A program made the position numbers and the translations under genes. From the IMG/VR virus record IMGVR_UViG_2690315925_000005: 64,000 nucleotides of DNA, one strand, 5' to 3'. Of this stretch, positions 57,000 to 64,000 are shown piece by piece. The notes under the pieces were generated by a model, which worked only from the letters and a program-made list of their open reading frames with translations, had not been told where the DNA came from and made no database searches. Position 1 is the first letter of the stretch. Each line of letters begins with the position of its first letter. Origin of the DNA: an uncultured virus (IMG/VR IMGVR_UViG_2690315925_000005) (taxonomy: Duplodnaviria > Heunggongvirae > Uroviricota > Caudoviricetes).

Positions 57000-57278
57000 G
57001 TGAGTAACTACGACGCCCCCGCACGAGGATTGCCGAGGCCCGGATCCCCCGCGAACCTGCGCCCGGTCCGGTTCGTCACGCTCAAACAGTTCGAGACGCT
57101 GACCGGCTACACGGTCGACGCGGTCAACTCGAAGATCAAGCGTGGCGATTGGCTGGAGGGCGCCGTCTTCATCAAGGCGCCAGATGGAAGAAACCTGATC
57201 GACCTGGAGGGGTACGAAGAGTGGGTAATGCACGGCAAGGCGGCGTCAGGCCAGCTACACAGAGCAGCATCGCAATAG
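57000..57278 (+). CDS. xis: Excisionase
   Basis: FETLTGYTVDAVNSKIKRGDWLEG..KAPDGRNLIDLEGYEEW; overlaps int start. Confidence 0.85.
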   Translation: MSNYDAPARGLPRPGSPANLRPVRFVTLKQFETLTGYTVDAVNSKIKRGDWLEGAVFIKAPDGRNLIDLEGYEEWVMHGKAASGQLHRAASQ

Positions 57279-58396
57279 ACTTCTACTATAGGGGCAAGCG
57301 TTGCCGTGAGCGGATCAAGCTCGCCCCGACCGCTCGGAATCTGCGCTACTGCGAAAATCTGCTGGGGCAGATCAAGGTCGAGATCGAGAAAGGCACCTTC
57401 GACTATGCCACCCACTTCCCCGGCAGCAAGCGCGCGGTGCAGGTGGCAGAGAAGCCAGCGGCCCTCGACACCCTGGAGCAGGTGCTGACTCGGTGGCTGG
57501 CACAGAAGGAGCCTGAGCTCGAGCACAGCAGCCTGATTGGCTACCGGCGCATCGTCGAGAACATCCTGGTGCCGCGCTGCGGAGCGATTGCGTTGCGTGA
57601 CTTCAACCGTATCGCCCTGAAGGAGCTGGTGGCCACATTCGACGAGTCGACGTCGGCCAAGCGCATCAACAACGTTCTGGGCCCGCTCCGCGGCGCCCTC
57701 GATGAGGCCGTAGCCGACGACTTGATCCCCAGCAATCCCCTCGACGGGTTCCGGGTGAAGCGGCGCGCCAAGGCCAACGCGCGCGAGGAGGTCGACCCCT
57801 TCACGCCGGAGGAAGTCCAGGCGATCCTGGCCGCCTGTCGCGAGGACCAGGTCCGCAATTACTGCCAGTTCAACTTTGCCACGGGCCTGCGCACCTCGGA
57901 AATGATCGGTCTCTGCTGGTCGGACATCGATTGGCGCAAGGGCACAGTCAAGATCCGGCGCGCCTGGGTCATGGGCAAGATGAAGGCCCCCAAGACCGAG
58001 TCCGGCGTGCGCGAAGTGCAGCTGCTGCAGCCGGCGATCGACGCCCTGAAGGCTCAGCGGGCCCACACCGCCACCGCCGGCGAGTTCGTCTTCCACGATC
58101 CCAGGACGAATGCCCGATGGGGGTCCGACCAAAGCATCCGCGCTGGCGAATGGCAGCGCGCGCTGCGCAAGGCCGGGGTGAGGTACCGGTACCCGTATCA
58201 GATGCGCCACACCTTCGCCTCACAAGCGCTCAGCGCTGGCGAGAACGTCATGTGGGTGGCCCGGCAGATGGGGCATCGGGACTGGACGATCACAGCGAAA
58301 AAGTACGGCCGTTGGATCCCGTCGATGGTCCCCGATGCGGGCGCGAAGGCCGCGGCTGTCTGGAAGCCCGAGCTTATGCATTCGGGCATCAAGTAG
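57221..58396 (+). CDS. int: Tyrosine integrase with arm-binding domain
   Basis: SIAIDFYYRGKRCRE; TGLRTSE, PKT, YQMRHT, QMGH, KKYG. Confidence 0.93.
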   Translation: MGNARQGGVRPATQSSIAIDFYYRGKRCRERIKLAPTARNLRYCENLLGQIKVEIEKGTFDYATHFPGSKRAVQVAEKPAALDTLEQVLTRWLAQKEPELEHSSLIGYRRIVENILVPRCGAIALRDFNRIALKELVATFDESTSAKRINNVLGPLRGALDEAVADDLIPSNPLDGFRVKRRAKANAREEVDPFTPEEVQAILAACREDQVRNYCQFNFATGLRTSEMIGLCWSDIDWRKGTVKIRRAWVMGKMKAPKTESGVREVQLLQPAIDALKAQRAHTATAGEFVFHDPRTNARWGSDQSIRAGEWQRALRKAGVRYRYPYQMRHTFASQALSAGENVMWVARQMGHRDWTITAKKYGRWIPSMVPDAGAKAAAVWKPELMHSGIK

Positions 58397-58433
58397 CCCG
58401 CATAGTCATACGTTAAGAAAACGACGCAGAGTG

Positions 58434-58453
58434 CCCCGCTGAAACGCGGGGCT
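58434..58453. terminator. Hairpin between convergent int and TA-like genes
   Basis: GCCCCGC-TGAAAC-GCGGGGC. Confidence 0.6.
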
Positions 58454-58456
58454 TCC

Positions 58457-58702
58457 TCAATGCCTTCGCACTAGATCCGTGATCTCAAACTCGTGAATGG
58501 AACCGTAGCGCTCCCAGATCTTCACCACCATGTCTGGAAACACCGGGTTCGTGATCAGCAGCACCTCAGGATCGCCATCAGCATCGACCAGTTCGTACCA
58601 GTCGTTTCCTTGCGCAATCACCTCAACCCCGTGCGTTCTCAACACATTTAACACATGTGTCCTGGGTTGAGCGCCGTCCCATGGCCCTTTACGAATCCTC
58701 AT
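58457..58702 (-). CDS. HicA-like small protein
   Basis: VLNVLRTHGVEVIAQG pattern; coupled to HicB-like gene; lacks the usual GSH motif. Confidence 0.45.
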   Translation of the reverse strand: MRIRKGPWDGAQPRTHVLNVLRTHGVEVIAQGNDWYELVDADGDPEVLLITNPVFPDMVVKIWERYGSIHEFEITDLVRRH

Positions 58703-59106
58703 GCAGCGTGAGCCACCTCAGCCTCGCGGAAAGCGAGTGATGTAAAGAATCCAGTGTCCTGAGGGATGTCAAGCTCAACAACAGTCCCGCAGGTCAGCAC
58801 ATCGTGGTTGTCACTTTGAAGCCAAAGGTTCCACGCCTCTGGCGGCGTTTTGCCCTTCGCAAAGAGAGCCGTCAGCGGCCTATTACGCCTCAAGTAGGCT
58901 TCGATGGTTCGAAGAAGGCCATCGGCAAAGTTCTGACGAACTTCGTCGACAGTGCGGCCTGTACTCAAGTAGTCGATCTCCAAGCCCTGAGCAACGTACC
59001 CACCGTCCTCAGACGGGAGGATGAGCACGCGTAGCGAGGCGTCGACTGCATGTCGGCCATCCTCAGACTTTCGATGACGTAGCACGGGGAAATTGTCTCT
59101 CTTCAT
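58699..59106 (-). CDS. HicB-like protein
   Basis: VLILPSEDGGYVAQGLEID..TGRTVDEVRQNFADGL. Confidence 0.6.
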   Translation of the reverse strand: MKRDNFPVLRHRKSEDGRHAVDASLRVLILPSEDGGYVAQGLEIDYLSTGRTVDEVRQNFADGLLRTIEAYLRRNRPLTALFAKGKTPPEAWNLWLQSDNHDVLTCGTVVELDIPQDTGFFTSLAFREAEVAHAA

Positions 59107-59504
59107 ATGCGTAACCTCGTCTCACTATCCTTAGTCTTCGAGACAAAAAAGGGCCGATCACTTTGACCGGCCGCCAGATCAGTTCGGCCACCACAGCCTC
59201 TGGATCTGGGGAAATCTTAGTCTCCCGGAGGCCGCTAGCACAAGTGCACAAGCGCTTCAACGTACAACTCTGTGGAAAACATTCAGAAAGGCTGAAATCT
59301 GTTAGTAAGTTCAACAACCCCTTATTTTTCAAATACATATTTATGAACAAAATTCCCATTCGGACGCGCATGCCTGAACGCAAGCCGCGTATTCACTTTG
59401 AATTAACTAGTGACGCTCGTCACACATTCGGAGTTTGGTGCAAAGTGTGTTCGCGCTAGCACTTCGGTGACCCTCCAGCGAAGCGCACTGATCGACCGCT
59501 TCGG

Positions 59505-59697
59505 CATCTGTATTAGATGCGCCACACCTTCGCCTCCCAGGCGCTTATCGCGGGCGAGAACGCTATGCGGGTGACGTGGGAGGGGCATAGGGACGGGACG
59601 ACGGGCGCCCCAAAGTACGGCCGCTGGCCCCCATCGACGATCCCTGGTGCCGGCGCCCAGGCCGCTGCAGTGTGGGTGCCGAAGTCTGCCATCTAGT
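59505..59697 (+). pseudogene. Degenerate copy of integrase 3' end
   Basis: 22-bp identity AGATGCGCCACACCTTCGCCTC with 58200-58221; similarity continues ~190 bp with a CAG>TAG stop and indels. Confidence 0.85.
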
Positions 59698-59702
59698 GGG
59701 CT

Positions 59703-60305
59703 ATGCTGAAGTGCCTGAACGACTGGAGCATGGGAATGGACGACGATCAGACAGGCACAGGGACCGAACCTGCCGCGCGCCCGCCGGTGGCGGCCGACGA
59801 TTTGCTGTTCATCCGCACTCCTGAAGAGTTCACCTCCGCCTTTTTGGCCGGTTGGATCGTGGACGCTCGCAGTGGGGGCTTGGTCCGTGGACGGCTCCAC
59901 GAGGAAGGCCATATCTCCATGATTCAGCACGCTGAGCCACTGGGCACTTTTGAATTCATGGGGGTGATGGAAGGGGGGGAGTACATCCTTAGCACCGACG
60001 CGACCGCTGCGCATTTTGATCGTTTGATGGAGATCAACAGCGACAAGACGCCTTGTGACACTCCTCTGCCCGAAGCTCCCCCAGGTCGGGTGATCGATGT
60101 GTCAGCCGAGCCCCACGACAAGATGCTCATGATTGATCGGCAATTCATCATCAATCGCGTCTCCACCCGGAGGCACCTAGCCGAACTGGTCGCGCTGAAT
60201 GATCCGCATAGCTACTACCGCGGCCAGTTCTTTGATGACAACGTGGTCGCCTATCTGAACGACCATCCTGAGCTAGGCGACGGTCCGCCGACCAGTGGCG
60301 GCTGA
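59703..60305 (+). CDS. Accessory hypothetical protein
   Basis: ~190-200 aa ORF, GGLVRGRLHEEG..MEGGEYILS; start uncertain. Confidence 0.65.
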   Translation: MLKCLNDWSMGMDDDQTGTGTEPAARPPVAADDLLFIRTPEEFTSAFLAGWIVDARSGGLVRGRLHEEGHISMIQHAEPLGTFEFMGVMEGGEYILSTDATAAHFDRLMEINSDKTPCDTPLPEAPPGRVIDVSAEPHDKMLMIDRQFIINRVSTRRHLAELVALNDPHSYYRGQFFDDNVVAYLNDHPELGDGPPTSGG

Positions 60306-60355
60306 TCGCGTGACTGTTCAGGAAGATTGCCGTAACATTCGCATCGTTAGGCGGG

Positions 60356-60378
60356 TTCTTGGTCAACATTTGGTCAAC
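60356..60378. promoter_or_regulatory. Putative integrase arm sites (right end)
   Basis: Two TTGGTCAAC copies; 15 bp identical to 1570-1584. Confidence 0.65.
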
Positions 60379-60407
60379 CAAGGGCCTGAAAGCCTTGCAA
60401 TACTTGA

Positions 60408-60426
60408 AGAAACCGGGGGTGCATTG
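60408..60426 (+). repeat. attR core
   Basis: Exact match to 1415-1433. Confidence 0.9.
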
Positions 60427-60768
60427 GTTTCGACGGGGGTTGTGAAGTCGCCTGGCGCATGCCGAGGGGGTAGCTTTCCTCGTAAATCCAGCTGCAAAAC
60501 TCTAGTTGCCAACGACGACAACTACGCTCTGGCCGCTTAAGGCCTAAGCCTCGAAACCGCTTGTGTCCATGCTCGCGGTGTAGAGTCACTATCATGGAAT
60601 CGCGCTGGGTGGCTGCCTGTCAGTCCGGCACTAGAACACAACAGGCTGGTTCCCGGATGCGCTTTGCACGCCGTGCTGTTCGGGGACGAGATCCAACGGT
60701 GAGCTAAGCATGTAGTGCTGGGGATGGAGTGCCTTCGGACGGCGGTTCAATTCCGCCCACCTCCACCA
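60415..60768 (+). ncRNA. ssrA: tmRNA
   Basis: 5' GGGGGTG..GGTTTCGAC; tag ANDDNYALAA* at 60508-60540; 3' T-arm GGCGGTTCAATTCCGCC then CACCTCCACCA. Confidence 0.97.
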
Positions 60769-60870
60769 TCTGTAAGCAGTTCAGCTGTATCTTGCTGATT
60801 CTGTTGGGTTTTGGCAGGGCGCGATACCGAAAAACGATCTTTCCAAAAGGATCTTTTGAGGTATCGCCCC

Positions 60871-62493
60871 TTGCCCAAGCCCTATCTTCTACGCCGACCT
60901 AGCGGACTTCATGTCCGCTTTCTTGTTCCTGTAGACCTGCGCGAGGCTATCGGCTCACGCTTCTTGGTCCGCCGCCTTCCCCCATCCGCTGTTGAACTTG
61001 CCCGCCTCGTCGCGGCCCGCATGGCTGTGGCACTCTCCGAAGCATTCGAGCGCTGGAGGGGTAGCCGCATGGATGACAAGGACAGAGAGGACCTACTGAA
61101 AGTCGTCAGCGGCTCCATCAATCAGTGGACCGGAAACATCCAGCTGCCGAATGGGACCAGGCTCACCGGCCTGAACGTCAATGGGCGAGAAGATGCTCAA
61201 GCACTTCTGGATACGATCAGAGGCTTGGCGTTGCCTGGGCTCTCGGATGTGGGACTGCTCAATGGACCCAACCGCGCAGATTTCACGCTATCCGACCGCA
61301 TCGCCCTGTATCTGGCGGACCTGAGGAATGCCAAAACCTCACCCGGCAATCTTCTGGATAGTGAGAACACGCTCATCATCTTCCAGGAAGTCGCAGGACC
61401 TGACCTGCTGATGTCGAAGGTCGGGGAAGCCCAAGTCAGAGCGTTTCTGACTGGACTCCATCACTGGCCAAGCAATGCCAGGAAGAAGAGTGACTACAAA
61501 GAGCTGACTGCGCCACAGATCATGGTCAAGGTCAGGCAACAGAGAGATAAGGGCATCGTTGTCGCCGGTCTCTCAGATCGGACCCTCGGAAAGCACCGAG
61601 ACCGGCTTGCCAGCTTCTTTAACGCACAAGTGGCCAGCGGCATCATCGCGCGCTCGCCCTTGGACGGGATCAAACGGCAAAACTCGGCACAATCCGTGGC
61701 TGCCCTGCCCCGCCGTCAGTTCACCATTGAAGAGATCAACAAGATCTTTGACCCTGAGAATTTCCTGCCTTGGGCTAAAGGGCGACCTGATCGCTACTGG
61801 GGCGTCCTGCTGGCGGCAGGCACCGGGGCGCGAGTCAACGAAGTTGGCCAGCTTTATGCGGAAGATGTTGCAGAAGTGAACGGCATCTGGGGGATCCACA
61901 TCCGCGCCGTCCATCGCGACCAGAAGCTGAAGAACGCCAACTCGCTGCGCTTCATTCCACTACATCCCCGCCTCTTGGATGCTGGGATCCTCACCTATGC
62001 CCGTGATGTCATGGCAGCAGGCCATGAGCGCCTGTTTCCTCACCTGCCTTGGCACAAGAAGGCAGGCTACGGGGATGCCCTCGGAGATCAGTTCCGCGCC
62101 TATCTTGTAGGATTGGGCATGATGCAGCCCGGCATGGGCTTCCACTCGTTCCGACATACTGCGAGCACCCGGCTTCTCTATGCAGGGGTGCTTAGCTCTA
62201 TTGCCGCAGCCATTACGGGGCACAAGGCGCACATGCCCGGCGAGCTCGGAACCTATGTAGATGTGCCCACACTCCAATCGCGCGCAGACGCCGTGGCGCT
62301 TCTCCCCGTTCCCGAAGGTTTGCCGGTCTATCAGCCTGGAGAGGCAGCGCAGTCTCTCAGGCAAGCGCAACTGAGGGCGAAGCGGAGGGCAGTCAATGCA
62401 GCTGCACGTGAACGAAAAGCGTTCGCTCTCGCAAAAAGCGCGCGCGCCAAGGCGCCAGCAAAGCGCGTGAGTAAGCCGCCGAAGGCGTCGTAG
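60871..62493 (+). CDS. Tyrosine integrase (DUF6538-like N-terminus)
   Basis: GARVNE, KLKN, FHSFRHT, ITGH, GTY catalytic set; GAGG SD, TTG start. Confidence 0.88.
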   Translation: MPKPYLLRRPSGLHVRFLVPVDLREAIGSRFLVRRLPPSAVELARLVAARMAVALSEAFERWRGSRMDDKDREDLLKVVSGSINQWTGNIQLPNGTRLTGLNVNGREDAQALLDTIRGLALPGLSDVGLLNGPNRADFTLSDRIALYLADLRNAKTSPGNLLDSENTLIIFQEVAGPDLLMSKVGEAQVRAFLTGLHHWPSNARKKSDYKELTAPQIMVKVRQQRDKGIVVAGLSDRTLGKHRDRLASFFNAQVASGIIARSPLDGIKRQNSAQSVAALPRRQFTIEEINKIFDPENFLPWAKGRPDRYWGVLLAAGTGARVNEVGQLYAEDVAEVNGIWGIHIRAVHRDQKLKNANSLRFIPLHPRLLDAGILTYARDVMAAGHERLFPHLPWHKKAGYGDALGDQFRAYLVGLGMMQPGMGFHSFRHTASTRLLYAGVLSSIAAAITGHKAHMPGELGTYVDVPTLQSRADAVALLPVPEGLPVYQPGEAAQSLRQAQLRAKRRAVNAAARERKAFALAKSARAKAPAKRVSKPPKAS

Positions 62494-62626
62494 CGCCCGG
62501 GGAATCTCGGTGACAATGATTAGGCAACGCCATCAACCACTCTAGGCGCTCAAGATTCGGGGTCGGAGCCTTGCGATCAACGCAAATAATGTTTTTATGA
62601 GAGCTCCCAAACGTTAGGAGCTCCAT

Positions 62627-62923
62627 ATGCCGTTAGAAAGAAAGCTGGCTATCGCTAGTCGAGTGCTATGCCCTTTGATTGCCCAAGACCGGACACGAGA
62701 CACGCAAGAGCGGATCGAGGACATCATCCACGCCCTCGAAATCGCGGACGAATTGATCAACCGATGCATGGCTCCAAAGCCCCCGGCTGACGACCACACT
62801 CTGAAACCTGCCGTTAGGGTTAGAGAAGCCGTGGTAGAACGCGATCAGGTGCAGCTTAGTGACATGATCTCAGAGCGTCGTGGCGCGGTGTCCAAGCCAA
62901 CTCGCGGACCTACCTACCACTGA
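62627..62923 (+). CDS. Hypothetical protein
   Basis: AGGAG SD, 98 aa. Confidence 0.55.
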   Translation: MPLERKLAIASRVLCPLIAQDRTRDTQERIEDIIHALEIADELINRCMAPKPPADDHTLKPAVRVREAVVERDQVQLSDMISERRGAVSKPTRGPTYH

Positions 62924-62944
62924 GTTTTCGAAACGAGGTTAGCT

Positions 62945-62968
62945 AAAGCCCCGGCTCGCCGGGGCCTT
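62945..62968. terminator. Hairpin between convergent genes
   Basis: GCCCCGGC-TC-GCCGGGGC. Confidence 0.6.
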
Positions 62969-62978
62969 CGCCTGTATA

Positions 62979-64000
62979 TCAGTGCAACCGTGCTCCAGGA
63001 TCTCTGACAGGATTCATTACGAGCAAGGGGTCCGCTGGAATAGGGGCTTCAGGAGCGTCAATGGGCGCATCCTCCACCCGGTATCTACGCAACAGCACTT
63101 CACTCCAATTCTCCAGCTGCGACAACGACTCGCCTGTTCGACGGTTGTAGTCTTCCTGGGCCTTGGGTCCGGTGGCTTCGTGAGCGCGTTGATACTCCTT
63201 GCGTCCCAGCTCAACAGCCCGAACCCGGCGCGCCCGACGACGCGACCAGTCTGAGCGATTCAAGAGGCCCGGCCTTGGGTTCTGGCTTTCGAAGTTCTCC
63301 AAGGCAAATTCTGCTTGAGCCAATACGTGCTGGGCACGATCTTCAGCTTTCAGCCTACGCTTGAAGCGAAGAGAGTCCCGCTTCAGCTTCTTCAGCCGCA
63401 AAAGCAGTTCTTCCAAGTCGCCACGGAGCCTAGGCGCCGCGACATGAGTAGATATCAAGGCAGCACTGTTGCGCAGCAACCTTCGCGTGAATTTGAGCCT
63501 ATCTCGCAGCGCCTCTATCCACGCCTCGGCCCACATCTCCAACACTTCCTTCAGGGCCTGCTTGGATGCTGTGGCCTGCGGTTGCCGCGCCCCTTCATCG
63601 GCAACCGCCCCAACCGGCATGACTTCCCTCGCCACGCTACCCAGACGAGTCTCTCCACCAGGAGACAGCATTGGTTGCGTGACAGGGCGCAGTGGAACCT
63701 GGCGCGAGCCAACCGGCACGGCTTGATCGGATGCGGCTTCCATCAACCTGCCCTCTTCTGCCATCTGAGCCACGGCGCGATCCCAAGCAGCGTTGTTGGC
63801 CTGATCAATCTCCTCATTGCCTTGGTTCAAATCGGTATCCACGCCTCGGCGGTGTAAGGCAGTGGCATCTTTTCCCATATGAATCCCAGGAATGCGGGAA
63901 AGCTCCGCCGCTGTGAGCTCATCTCCTCGCTCTGCAGCCTCCGCCGCTTGGTCCCTAAGGCTCCGGTGGTCCACACGGGTCGAAACACCGGCTGCGGCCA
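62979..64000 (-). CDS. MobA/MobL (MOBQ) relaxase, C-terminal part; 5' end outside window
   Basis: RVDHRSL and IHMGKDATALHRRG motifs. Confidence 0.75.
   Translation of the reverse strand, partial: AAAGVSTRVDHRSLRDQAAEAAERGDELTAAELSRIPGIHMGKDATALHRRGVDTDLNQGNEEIDQANNAAWDRAVAQMAEEGRLMEAASDQAVPVGSRQVPLRPVTQPMLSPGGETRLGSVAREVMPVGAVADEGARQPQATASKQALKEVLEMWAEAWIEALRDRLKFTRRLLRNSAALISTHVAAPRLRGDLEELLLRLKKLKRDSLRFKRRLKAEDRAQHVLAQAEFALENFESQNPRPGLLNRSDWSRRRARRVRAVELGRKEYQRAHEATGPKAQEDYNRRTGESLSQLENWSEVLLRRYRVEDAPIDAPEAPIPADPLLVMNPVRDPGARLH

Larger units (their letters stand above)
1415..60426. mobile_element. Temperate prophage (~59 kb, podovirus-like) integrated at the 5' end of ssrA
   Basis: Bounded by the direct repeat AGAAACCGGGGGTGCATTG; contains int/xis, cI/cro, replication, lysis, terminase, portal and capsid genes. 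Confidence 0.93.
60769..64000. mobile_element. Second integrative, probably mobilisable, element at the ssrA 3' end (runs off window)
   Basis: Integrase immediately after the CCA end, plus relaxase; distal att not visible. Confidence 0.75.

Noticed and set aside
60871..62493. Second integrase as the prophage's own integrase
   Set aside because: It lies outside attR beyond ssrA and is linked to a relaxase; the prophage has its own xis-int.

Overview
GC-rich Xanthomonadales chromosome, most likely Stenotrophomonas (GTAG-type REPs, tmRNA tag ANDDNYALAA), covering the smpB-ssrA locus. A ~59 kb apparently intact temperate prophage (1415-60426) is bounded by a 19-bp direct repeat that spans the 5' END of the tmRNA gene. 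It has an N4-gp56-type capsid, a P22-like portal, a giant polyvalent internal virion protein, a lambdoid cI/cro/O/P/Q-like control region and an initiator-like tRNA. A second element (tyrosine integrase plus MobA/MobL relaxase) begins directly after the 3' end of ssrA. The most striking structure lies between cro and the cII-like gene (45.7-48.95 kb). Five small genes, each with its own promoter motif, are inserted antisense to the lytic operon. The lytic strand across them is tiled without a gap by a chain of ORFs joined by stop/start overlaps (11 junctions, 9 of them ATGA/TGATG). The same relay design crosses another antisense gene just upstream of xis (56.1-57.0 kb). Family assignments come from motif recognition by eye; no searches were run.
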